From: Nemertoderma westbladi
Lineage: Eukaryota; Animalia; Xenacoelomorpha
Assembly (NCBI GenBank): GCA_032718475.1
Contig: JAUCBJ010000649.1
Coordinates: 1-53,648, forward strand
Reading direction: 5' to 3'
Length of the DNA stretch: 53,648 bases
The position numbers and the translations under genes were made by a program. Of this stretch, positions 11,939 through 23,562 are shown piece after piece; within the stretch, counting starts at the first letter, position 1, and every line of letters begins with the position of its first letter. The notes below the pieces were generated by a model that had not been told where the DNA came from, made no database searches, and worked only from the letters and a program-made list of their open reading frames with translations.

Positions 11939-13415
11939 CTATATACTAAGATTGGATGGAGATTTGTAGTCTCCTGTCTCGTTTCTAGTCTCCTCAAGGA
12001 GCACAAGACGTTGTACAGGCCTATCTGCAGTACGTCCGTCAATAGTCCATACAGTAACTGTCCTTACTACACCAGATGTAGGGTGCGTGGTCAAAATGAC
12101 TTTAGTCAGCCAAAACCGTCTTTTCAGATTGGTTTCAGCCAATAAAACATGGTCACCTCGTCTCAAACATTGGGTATTAAGATACCAAGAGGTTCTGGTC
12201 GAAATAGAGGGTAAATAGTGCTTCTGCCATATTTCCCAGAATTTGTTGGCTAACAACTGAGTGATTTTCCAAGCTTTGTTGCCGTATCCATCACTATCGA
12301 CAGGTACCGAAGTGGGCAACAATGTTGTCGGCGCCTGCATAAGCAGGTGCGCTGGTGTCAAGGCAAACTTGGGGATCAAAGCGATCGGTCTGGTATTCAA
12401 AACCGCTTCGACTTCTATTAACAACGTCGTCAGTTGGTCGTCTGTCGAAATGCGTTGCGTCGGTATTACTTTCGCCATAGCTGTTTTAATTGAGCCAATC
12501 AGCCTTTCCCAAACGCCGCCTCTCCACGGACTGTTGGAAGTGTTAAAGCTCCAGACAATACGTTGAGGATGCAGTTCCTTGGAAATCTGGTTTTGGTCCA
12601 ACTTTTTTAAAGCTCTGGTGATTTTATTCCGTGCACCCACAAAGTTAGTCCCTTGGTCGCAATAAATGGATTTGACCAATCCACGTCTAGCAATAAATCG
12701 CCGTAAGGCTAGGATAAAGGCGTTGGTGGTTAAATCTGTCACACGCTCAATATGGACAGCTCTGCTGGCCAAGCAAGTGAAGATCAATCCCCAGCGTTTT
12801 ACCTGTACCCTTCTGCGTTTCGCAATTATGGGTCCAAAACAGTCTATCCCTGTCTCAGTGAAAGGGGGTCTAAAAGCCTGTAATCTCGCTAGTGGTAGTT
12901 CACTCATTTCTTGGTGACCTATCCTCGCGTGCACCTTCTTACAAATCATACAGTTCCGTGTTACCGAACTCAATGCCTTGCTAGGCCTAATCAGTACAAA
13001 CCTCGAGCGTAAGTGTGATAAACAGTGATGCCTACCTACGTGTTTGAGTCATACATGTGTGTCCAGTATCATAGCGCACTGTAACTCATGGTGTTGCGGT
13101 ATGATGATAGGATACCTAAAGTCAAGTGCAAAGTCGATGTTTTGGAGTCTGGACTTGTGACAAAGTAAGCCCCTATAGATAATCGGACTCCAACTCAAAA
13201 TCGGTGAAGACTTGATCTGTTTACCCTGATTGATCACTGTGAACTCTCGTGCGGAATATCGCAATTGATAATGTCTAATAATATCAACTTCACAAAGACC
13301 AGCTTCCTATAAGGTAAGTCTTCTAGGAAAGTCGCGTTTGCCTCTGGCATATTGTCTCAAACGTTTGAGCCATGCTAACTTGCGGCACGCTTCAGTCCAT
13401 GATCTAGTTAGGTTT
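11939..13415 (-). pseudogene. Bel/Pao integrase (Zn-binding, DDE core, C-terminal domain), interrupted upstream
   Basis: PPFTETGIDCFGP, LIFTCLASRAVHIE, CDQGTNFVGA, GGVWERLI, FWEIWQKHYL, RPVQRLVLLE. Stops and frameshifts at 13049 and ~13310-13417. Confidence 0.93.
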
Positions 13416-13416
13416 A

Positions 13417-14982
13417 CTATCCTGCCAACGTAAGTGTTGGTGACGTCATCAGGCAAGGTATAGTCGAAGTGTGGATACTTGTTCGGACTTGGTATGGTAG
13501 GCCCACGGGCCTTCCGGTAGGTGTCTCCCTTTGTGCAATAGGTTTGTCTGAGTCCTCAAGTAATTTAATCTCCGCGGTCTTACCTTTACCGTCCGCACCC
13601 AGTGAATTGACTGGCAGTAACGGTTTCAACTCTACAGTACTAGTGCGTTCCCGTGAGCTCGTAAGCTTCCTAACCTTAGTCACACGTTTACCTGTAGACG
13701 GTAAGTGAAGTATTTTCCTTGAGTGGAGTGTGATTGCTGTGGCCGCACCTTCGTCATCCAAGGAAGTCAAATTTGGTAAGTTGTCAATACCTAATGGGTG
13801 TGTACTAGTCCGCTCCAATGGATTCATTGCATCCTTGTAGTACACGTTGTTTCTTTCCAACAAGTCATCTAGTGGAAAGTCTAGTAGACAGTCTGGTGAG
13901 GCGTCCGGCGAACAGTCTGGTCAGACGTCTGGTGAGACATAGCGCGGAACTTCCAGCAAAATGTCCTGTCGTTGGTCCCAAAGAAAGTCTGGCGTAGCTC
14001 CTGTCAGAATGTCTGGTCTAAAGTCTAGTGGACAGTCTGGCGAGACATCCAGTAGACAATCTGTTGAGAGTTCCATAAAACAATCTGGCGAATAATCCGG
14101 AAAACAATCTGGTGTCGTTTCTGGTGAATAATCTGGCGAGACATCTGGTGAACAATCCGGCGAAACGTCTGGTGAAATCTCCTGCGGAACATCTGGTGAA
14201 AGATTCGTATGAACGTCTGGTCGAGAGTCTGGTGAGACGTCTGGCGTAATGTCAGGTCTAATGTCCAGATCATCAGATTTTGTCTGTCCTTGTTTACTCT
14301 TGACCTTGGCGTTGGCTTTCGCTTTGGACTTGACAACAGTGTCGATTTTTATCTCGGCACCCTCCGGTATGGTATTAGTTGTTGCGTCAAATAACGGTGG
14401 CCATTCGTCTGATGGTCGTTGTAGGAAATTGGGTCCTCTAAACCAAAAGGATTTATTGTCTGGTTTACAAAAGTCAATAGGTAGCATCCCCTGTGACGCG
14501 ATGTCAGCTGGGTTCAGCTTCCCTGGACAGTGACGCCAATCTTGTTTGAGCGACCGGTCCAATATTTCAGCCCGTCTGTTGGCTATGAAAGTCTTGAACT
14601 TGAATGTTTTGTTGTTTATGTACCAAAGTACCAACGTCGCATCCGTCCAATATGTGACCTTCAAGTTAGCCTCCAGCTCGCATTGTACTAAACTGACAAT
14701 ATCGGTGGTTATCGTCCCGGCTTGCAGCTCTCCACGAGGTACAGTCATATACTTCAATGGCATTGTTCTAGCCCTTGAAGTAACGAGAGACACTTCGTAG
14801 CTGTCTGATGTCACTTGTCGTCTAAGGTATATAGTAACCCCCAGTCGATCCTTACTAGCATCACTGAAGCTGTGAAGCTCTAAATCGGCAGGAAAGGTTG
14901 TCTGCAAAGGAAAGTATACCCTCAGTATGGTATAGTCTTGTAAGAACGTCAGTTGGGCTTCCCAGCCCCTCCATTGCTCAGC
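13417..14982 (-). pseudogene. Bel/Pao RNase H (Pao peptidase A17-type) domain plus expanded SPD-repeat linker
   Basis: LHSFSDAS, TVPRGELQA, YWTDAT, WRHCPGKLNPADIASQG, WFRGPNFL. In-frame stop at 13921. Confidence 0.92.
13880..14260 (-). repeat. 12-bp coding minisatellite (SPDV/SPDC/SPDY) within pol
   Basis: About 30 degenerate copies of a TCGCCAGACGTC-like unit. Confidence 0.85.
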
Positions 14983-15942
14983 TTACTTTTCTGGCATGGG
15001 GTCGTCCCATTCCAGTCCGGCTTGCCAAATGCTGCGGAGTATGATCCTGGCATTTAGGATCACTGGGCTAATGAAACACAATGGGTCATACAATCGACTC
15101 ATGGTCGATAAGCAAGTCCTCTTAGTGAGAGGTCTAATCTGTCCGTTGGACCTTACACGTACCCTAAAGTTGTTGGTGTTCTGGTCCCAATTAAGTCCTA
15201 ATACCTTGGACGTAGGTAGAGGTTCTAGGTCTAAGTCCAAGTCTCCTCCACTGTGATCTGTCGGGTCGAATGAGTTCACTAGTTTAGGTTCGTTGGAAGC
15301 GAACTTCGTGAGGTGAAATCCGCCCTCAGCGAGACAATCTTGGAGTTGGTGTGCTACGGTCATAGCGCGCTCCAGAGTGTCACAACTCTTGAGGCCTTCA
15401 TCCACATAGAAGTCTCGTTCCACTGTCTGAGCTAATTCTGGGTCGAATTGGTCTTGTCTGTCTAATGCTGTTTGCTTCAAGGCATACATGGTGCAGTTGG
15501 GGCAATCCCTGGCTCCGAAAACTCTTACCTGCATTTTGTAAGTTTCTGGCGGAAGTTCTAAATTTCCGTCCGGGTACCAAAGAAACCTTAAACTATCCCT
15601 GTCCCGCTCCAAAGCCTTAACCTGGCGAAACATAGCCTCTACATTACAGGTGAAAACCACTTTGCATTGACTAAAACGCATTAGGACTCCCATGAGGTAA
15701 TTATTCATATTTGGCCCGTCCATCAGTTCGCTGTTCATAGACATCCCTTGGTAAAGTGCGGCGCAGTCATTGACTACATGCACCTTGCCAGGTTTGTCCG
15801 GGTGTCGAACAAAATGATGTGGCAGGTAATATATTTGATCTGTGGTTACCTCTGGATTTAACATCCTAATGGCGTATCCCTTTTGGAGATACGACTGAAG
15901 TTGCGCATTGTATTGCATATGGGCCGTCTCATCACGCAACAA
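14983..15942 (-). pseudogene. Bel/Pao reverse transcriptase
   Basis: YYLPHH, KPGKVHVVNDCAA, MFRQV, VFGARDCP, FYVDEG (catalytic YVDD changed to YVDE), KVLGLNW, YDPL. Flanked by in-frame stops. Confidence 0.93.
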
Positions 15943-17217
15943 TCACTGCCTTATTGATTTTAGTCGCCGAAAAGCAAGCAGGTAGTTGTTAACGAGCTTA
16001 GGTTGTCCATGGCGCCACAACATGCCAACTTCGTAGTGGCCATTCGGGGTCTGGCGAATGGTATCTCTCATTATATTTAATGATCGTTTTTCCTGTTCTG
16101 ACATAGCGGTCTTGTAACTACCGGGTTCTGCTGAGTCCTGTTCTAACCATTTAATGGTCAATTCAGTCAGCAGTCGGTCAAGTGCTGCTTGCACTGTGCC
16201 ATAGTCCTCGTCTACATCGTCGTCCTCTGTGGTGGCTAGTGTCAATGTGTCTGGTAGGCTCGCAAGCCTTCCGGTGTCACTAGTCGGTGTCGAAACTTTG
16301 TGAGGCGGTTTGACAACCTTCTGATCTGTCGGTAGGCTCGCAAGCCTTCCAAAATCCTCGTTAATCGAGTCATCCACAGCAACAACCCTTTGGTCTTCGG
16401 TAGACAATACAACCTGTTTCGCTGCAAGTAGCTGTAAGTCAGAGGTCCGTGTGGTCATGTCCAGATCAGTTACATCAGTATCAGTTACGTCAGTGTTAGC
16501 GACGTAAGTCTGTCGTAGTGCAGTCTGTACAATTGGACCACAGGAGTGTGGAGGAGAATTATCTATCGTGGTAGTCAGTAAACTACACGTACTTAAAACG
16601 TCGTCCTCCTGGTCACTTACCTCTAGTGAACGCACTGGTGCTCTAGTATACCAACCTATGGGAGTTCTACATGCATAGGGGTTGCCCGCTGTAATAACAG
16701 ATGGGCGTGTCTCCCATACCTGATGTAAGTTAAACTGGTCTGTCCCAATAAACATTGCGATTGAGCGATAATTAACAGGACATTCTGGTATTCCAAGGTG
16801 TCGGAAATACTTACGATCTTCCGGTGATTGCTCTGGCACAGGGCCGAGCAAGTTACTAAAGTCCTTCGAAGCTGCAAAGGTCAAATTTCTTACCGGAAGT
16901 AATGAGCGCTCCTCCTTACTGTGTTCCGCTTTGGAAAGAAGAGTGTCTAAGGTTAATTTTACTCTTGTCACAGGAATCGCTCTCTTACCATGCATGCTGC
17001 TTACAGTATACTGAGCAGTCTTACCTTTACTCATGTCAGTAACTACGTCGGCTACTTGTTCGTCTACGTAACAACTATGCGATGACGCAGAGTCTAAGAT
17101 AGCATATATACGCTTGCTCCCTCGGGTTCCGGTAATCTTTATAGGAATCACGCTAAACCCTTTTAATTGGTTCTGTGTGAGGAGTGTTATCGATGGTTGT
17201 TCCTCCCCCGCATTCAC
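15943..17217 (-). pseudogene. Bel/Pao aspartic protease and PR-RT linker
   Basis: YAILDSASSHS, MFIGTD, PYACRTPIGW, GHYEVGMLW. Confidence 0.9.
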
Positions 17218-20200
17218 GTAGAGGTGTCGTCTTCCTCCTCATCCTCGTCCGATGATCCAGATTGATCCATACAATCAGTATAGAATGTGCAAATCTCACG
17301 CAGCACACACTCCTTATAAAGTGCATCGCATCTAGCCGCTTTATCTGGATGCTCTCGTCGAAAGCGTTTGGTCGGAGTATGACTATTTGTATGGAGTAAT
17401 GCATCGTGGTTACGTCCACATAGAGGACATGTATCATCGCTCGGGCAATCCTTCCGGATGTGTCCAGGCTTGGTACATTTCCAACAAGAATGCAACAATC
17501 GAATTTGGAGTCTCCTTTCTTCAACTCCCAACTCTCTAAAAGCGCGACATCCACGTGGTTTCTGCCGTTCCGTTCGCAATATGAGCATCCCACAAAGTCC
17601 ATCGGCAACTGTTGTCATGGCTGCTTGGTGCCAATAGGCGTCAGAACTTTAGAAGTTCCCATTGGGGTGGCATAAGTCACGGCTTTCGCGTTCATCGGAA
17701 ATGGTTTGTTCCGATTCGGCGCAGCAATAGCTATTCCTTCTGCCGCTATATGGTTGTCAGTGTAGTTTGATCGAGTCTCAACCACGGCCTCTCGCGAAAT
17801 CAATTGGTTGACGTCGGTAAGTTTTAATAGACCGCTGGCCTCTTCACGCTGATACTCAATACGTCGCCATTTTCGTCATAATCAATGATGGAGTCGACCG
17901 ATTATCCTAATTAGAACTGTCGGTGCGTTGGCGTACTCGAGTTGTCTGATGGACCGTAAAGTCCCTATAGCGTTCTTGATTTCGTCCGCGAGTCGTAGAA
18001 GATTGATCGGTTTCGAAATGCTTCCTCCTCTACAGAGGTCTTCGATAATAGATTTAGCCATTGCTACGCTGCTGCCATAAATTGAAAACAAGCGGTTGTA
18101 CGCCAACTCAAAGGCATTCGGAACACCGATAAAGGTCTCCGCTAATCTTTTCGGCTCACCAGATAGTACTTGGAGCAAGTAGTTAAACTTCTCCGTCGAG
18201 GTGAAGGCACACTTAGCGATCTGGGACTCTACGTAGTCTACCAGCGTACGCCAGTGCTTCGCGTTGCCAGAGAACTTCGGTGGTTGTTGTGCTGGTAATC
18301 CATGTCTGGCCGCAAACTTCGCAATCTCGTTAACCAAATCCAACTGTCCGCGTCTTTGTTCGGTTACGTCGTCCAGTCGTTCCCTTCTGCGCATTGTCCG
18401 TTGGTAAGAAATATTAACGGGATCTTCTTCTCGATGGTTCGGAGTCTGTCTCGTCTCTTGTTCTCTCCTTGGTGGTCGATATTGTCTAGATCGTTCCAAC
18501 TCCATGCTGGGTCGTGATCGATCCGACGGTTGCGCTTTGAGTCGCTCTTCGAGTTGAGCTAGTCGGTCCGCCATCTCAGTGAACTGTTTGGCGCTAATCG
18601 CTTCCGCTGGTTGCAGAGTGGGTTTCTGTTGGGGTGTTTCTCGTGGAGGATTGTCGATGTAAAGATTCGTCGATCTTTCCTCTCGTTTGTAATTTTCTGC
18701 CGCTCCAGTATGAAATATTTCCCTCTCCGTCGACTCCGAGTCACTAGATGAATCGCTATCGTCCGGATAAGGTGGTTGGTGGGTTCGCGTCTGGCATATT
18801 GTTTTCGTCGGTTGTGTCCGTCTTCGTACGGCGTCCTCGGTTCTTCGTCGTTCGGTAGGCTCGCAAGCCTTCCACGAAGTGGTAGGTCTCGTTACACAGT
18901 GTGTCAAAGGTCGAATAAAGCAGCCAGGTTTTGTAGTCGGTCTGTAAATGACTGGGTTCGTGCAGCACTTTACAGGTTTAACTGCCAACGGCTTACTTAC
19001 CTGCTTAACTGTCATAAATACAGGTTCCTCTCTTCCTACAAGTAGACTACGGCTTACTGTAGGTGGACTACTTACTTTACCAGCTAAAATCGGTGATGAC
19101 ATCGCTCTAGGTTGCGGTATTTCTGTCACAACAAACCTGTTACCTTGCGTTGAGCGCACAGGTGATATTTCTTTTGGTTTTGCAACTAAAACCGGTTTTA
19201 TCGGAGTTGTGGGTTTGAGCATAGGAATCACTTGGGGAAAACGTTTACAGTAATCCTCGACGAACTCCCCTCCTCGATTTATCGCTCCCACACTTCCTTC
19301 CTCGATTCGCCTTTGAATCCCGCGATATCGAGTCTCTATGCAGTCCAGGGCAGACAAGTCATGTCTAGATTGAGACCTTATAGATCTGTCTCTCGCGTCA
19401 GAGTTCGAGGTCTTCTTGCGCGTTTGCTGCCTCGCACGATCTGTGATCTAGTTCGAATTGGAGCCGCATCTCCCTTTCGCTTTGATCGGCTACCTGTTGT
19501 TGCGCTGCTCGCTACGCTTCCTGTATAGCTAGACGAGCGTTTATTTGTCGCGCCTCCAACTTTGCACGAGTGTCGGATGCCGCCTTCTTCCGTACTAACT
19601 CATCGGCTGCTGCCTGTCGTGCTGCTGCCGCTGCGGCTGCTTCTTGCGCCAAGTCCTCCTCCAGTCTCCGCATTTCCGAGGCTTCGAATTCGGCTTGAGC
19701 CTGGAGTTTCGCAATTCTTGCTTCGTCTTCTCTACATTGTTTCTCTCCCTCGATGGCGATCTGTGCCATCTGTCGTTGCGCTTCTTCCTCGGTGACTTGT
19801 TGTTGGCGTGCGACCTCCTGTTGTTGTCGAGTAATTACAGACGTCGTCTTACTAACGTCACCAACATTGCTCCGTACACTAACGAATGATCTATCCATTG
19901 GTGGAATTTGGTAGGCTCGCAAGCCTTCCGTAGTTAGAACTTCCGTCGTCATCGTTGGTGAGCGTCTCTAACCTCCCGTCCAGGCGATAGAGTTCTTCTT
20001 CCTCTTCGGGTTGCAACAACGTGTCCGAAACTGACTCACCTAGCAGTTGGTCGAACTGCTCCTGTTGAGCCAATCTTATTACTGACTTAAACTGGATGAG
20101 GCTTTCCCTCGCACTTACCAACTTATCTATTATCTTTACCTGAGTAAATTTGTCGCCACACAACTCCGCAAGTTTGTGTAAACCTTTAAGTTTATCTATG

Positions 20201-20604
20201 GAAACATGTACCCTACTTTCTACCCTTACCTGTAAGGTGTAGAACTCGTATCTCGACATCGGGGCGGTTAACCCGCGTAAAACGCGAAAACCTTCTCCGA
20301 GGTTTCGAGTAATCTGGGCCATGTGTCCTCCTATACTCCTAATAACATTTTCTTGGCTTCCCGCCAAGCTTACCATATCTGGTTCCCGCGATCCGGTCTG
20401 CGGGATGGTAAGGAAATCTTCGATTCTGCCGTCGCCACGCATTGCAGCTTCCGGTATTTCTGTTTGGGGTACCGGCGACGCACGCGGTGTGACATCGGTA
20501 GAATCTCGGGTTCTCCTTCTCGGTTCGTCTACTGTCAATCTGTCCGGGTCGCACGAGTCATAGTCGGTAGGTGGGTATCGAGTCAAATGTGGTGTGTCAC
20601 TCAT
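17214..20604 (-). pseudogene. Bel/Pao gag, broken into five or more ORF pieces
   Basis: Start MSDT, coiled-coil segment, DUF1759-like PPKFSGNAKHW..EKFNYLLQVLSGEP, and knuckles CWKCTKPGHIRKDC..CPLCGRNHDALLH. Multiple frameshifts. Confidence 0.9.
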
Positions 20605-20968
20605 GTCTTATTATATACGTCAAGTACGGGTAATAAAAATGTCAAAGTATCAGAATGTCAAAATGTCGAAATGTTCAAACTTACCTTAGTATATATATAT
20701 ACCATATATATACCCTAACTGGTACAAATAAAATCAAAGTATATAATAAAATATGTAATAATCTAGTCTACTGGCTAAATTTGTACGAATAAGTGTGATA
20801 ACGGTATACGTTACCAAAATGTAGATCAACAAGTACAAATAATAGGCAAAACAGCAACGTCTAATGGGAAAATAAGTACCAACAACACTACTAATTAGAC
20901 AGTGGAACCCACAAATTTTGAGTACTACTGTGCTCTTAAGTTTGAACGACATGAGTCGTAAAACTTAC

Positions 20969-21153
20969 GCTCCTTTGATCTTCCAGTCATGCAAATTCCC
21001 AAATACAAACCGGACGTGGGTCGTTCCGTTTTCGGCATCGCGGACGAATTTTGTGTCTCCCAAACTTTGCGAAAAGCGGTCTAATCCCTCGAAGTGGTCC
21101 AGAAATGAGTCCTTGAGTCCTGAAAGGTCGAAGGTGAGAGTTTTACTTCTACT
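20969..21153 (-). CDS. Putative internal coding exon in the element 1 leader, predicted to splice to the accessory ORF
   Basis: Flanked by TTTTTTGCAG| and |GTAAGT, open for 61 codons, and ends in phase 2, matching the phase-2 acceptor at 10013/10010. Confidence 0.5.
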
Positions 21154-23167
21154 CTGCAAAAAATCTTCCTAGGTACCGATACAACTTGGTCTTTAAACCC
21201 TATGTACCTTTTCAAGTACCGAAAGTAACACCGCACACACACAGCGTAAAACAAATTGCTACAAACTAACTATTAGCTAGTCAAATATTAAATACGAAAA
21301 CTACTAGCTACCCTAAAGGCCTACTGAAGCAATGTACAAAATGTTGCCTTTCAGAAAGGACAAATAGTATTCTTACTAAATATTTAATAAGAATATTCCC
21401 TACTGTAAAGTCCAGTAGTATACCGCTTACCGGATCCTAGTAACGATGTATCTTACCGTAAGATCCAGTAGTGTATACGGGCTCGTACAGTATCTGGCAA
21501 TAAATCCAAGTCCAGGGTGTCTAAATAAACAGATACAAGTACGCAAACAACTACTGGCTAGGAACAGAGCCTGGTGTCTATTCTAAATACGTGAGCGAGT
21601 CAAATGCCCGACGAACTAGACAAAAGGATACCTGTCCTCTAACTGGTGAGGCAGATGTACAGTCTACGGTGACAGACCAAACTCACGAGGAAACAATCCC
21701 CGCGCAGCGAATCCTAACTATCGCTAATGGACCTAAATACCGTAAACTTGCCGCGGTGTGATTTATATGGTTTATATATGAGCTAGTGGATTAACAGACT
21801 AGCGTAACAATACTGACCAGTACTAAATCAGTCAAAGGGGGTCGTGCCTAATATAACAATACTGTGAGCAGAAAAAACAGTCAAAAGGGGTCGTGCCTAA
21901 AGTAATAATACTGTCACTCAAGTAAAACAACAGTCTAATAAGTAAATACTCCTTCTTGCCGTAACTAAATCAGATCCTAAATTTACAAGCTACAAACAGT
22001 AAAACTATAAAATAGATTCTGTCTGAAAGTAACCTAAACTAAGCTATAACTAGTAGAGCTCTAAGGGTGCATATGTTTTAGGGCGTGTGTGTGTGTTACA
22101 AATAAAACAATTTTGGCATACTCCATTGTACTAGGTTTTAGTGAATTTCTGACCAAAACAATACCGTGCACTAGCTACGAGAATAAGCTAGTTGCGCTCT
22201 GTAGGGCTTATACTTACAAAATGACCTCAAAGCTCTCTCCTTCCTATCCACAACTCAACCGGGCAATTACGGTGTTAGTAACTACACCCATGATCGGCAC
22301 AAATACCAGATTCTGGTTGCAAGATAAGAAATAGGGGTTAATTGCTACCGTACGTTAGCTGATCTGGTATACAATTTGATTCTAGAATTTTGTTGCTGCG
22401 GTGGTTAGCAGCAATACCTATCAGTACGTGGCAAGGCGCGGTAGGATATTAATAAAACCTCCCTAGGCCAAGCGAGTGCCAGTAGCAGACCTTGCCTGAT
22501 CAAGTAACGTGGGTTCAGGCAGGGGGGGGGGGGGGGGGGGTACTAATGTATAAACTACAAAATGAACTGGTACCGAACTGTCAGTATTGCAAATCACTAA
22601 ATTATGGAACGTATGCTGTCTGTACCTAATGTGTACTTGCGTACTGACGAACAGCAATAGTTCACACCTGTAGGGAATACATGTTAATCCGGGGATTTGT
22701 CGTAACTGGTTCTACTCTGAAGCTTAGTTATTTGATCCTAAATTTTGCAGCGTCCCAGAATGGCGTCATGCTTACCACGATCTATAGGTCTTACAGCAGG
22801 CAAGGGCGTCAAACAAAGTCTTACCTTCCTCTGAATCGGGCGCTGCATAGCAAAGGTATTTCGAAGGGGCGAAGGGGGTGCGCGGGCTAATCTAATGTGG
22901 GCGCTAGCGTGTTGTGGACATCTTTTCCTGCGTTGCTGACGGCCTAACGGTCTAGGCAGCCATCCTCCAAATGCTTGGCTGTCCCAATAGTGGGCAAAGG
23001 GAAATATACAAGTTCAAAGTTTACAGCATATTTATGTAATTTACAAAGGTTTATCAAACAAATTTAATCTAAAGATATGACAAGAAACTAATGTGATAAC
23101 TAAAGTAAGTAATAACGTAATGATGTTGTTGTAATGTGTGGATTGATAACCGAGGGCAAACCGGCCC

Positions 23168-23174
23168 TTATATA
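23168..23174 (-). promoter_or_regulatory. Candidate LTR TATA box (TATATAA) with upstream CCAAT boxes
   Basis: Minus-strand GCTATATAAGG ~390 bp into the LTR, with CCAAT motifs near 23233, 23263 and 23302. Conserved in the 3' LTR (5235-5241). Confidence 0.55.
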
Positions 23175-23354
23175 GCAAATCTGGGACATAGAATCCACTA
23201 GAACGTTCCAGAGTATTCCATGGCCTCACATTGGAGCAATAAGATGTTCTATGCCCTATGATTGGCCCAGCTCATCGTTCCATATGTTGTACGCACCTCA
23301 TTGGTTTATCTAATCAAATCAGAGCGAAAATAAATAGCCCAAAAATGCAAATTT

Positions 23355-23424
23355 CCCGACTGGGATTCGAACTCGTAACCTATCTGTAATGTAATCAACG
23401 CCTTAACCATCTGACCACTGCGCC
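23355..23424 (-). ncRNA. tRNA-like Pol III cassette in the 5' LTR
   Basis: GGCGCAGTGGTCAGATGGTTAAGGCG...GAGTTCGAATCCCAGTCGGG, then TTTTT. Confidence 0.55.
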
Positions 23425-23562
23425 AATAGAGTTACCTATGGATTTATGTGTACCAATATGAATAGGCATATTACATTACTGTAATTTAATCAAAATGCAT
23501 CGGATTTTAGAAAGTTTTTACATTAAGCTACAAATGCTACCTTATAGTGAAATAATCCATCA

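Larger units (their letters stand above)
3451..23562 (-). mobile_element. Full-length Bel/Pao LTR retrotransposon (element 1, 20.1 kb) with an accessory ORF
   Basis: Two TG...CA LTRs and a 5-bp TSD GGTAT (3446-3450 and 23563-23567). Order is gag-PR-RT-RH-IN with Bel/Pao motifs: triple Zn knuckle, YLPHH, FSDAS, NPADIAS, GIDCFGP. Confidence 0.97.
21404..23562 (-). repeat. 5' LTR of element 1 (2159 bp)
   Basis: Direct repeat of 3451-5629, followed by TSD GGTAT. Confidence 0.97.
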
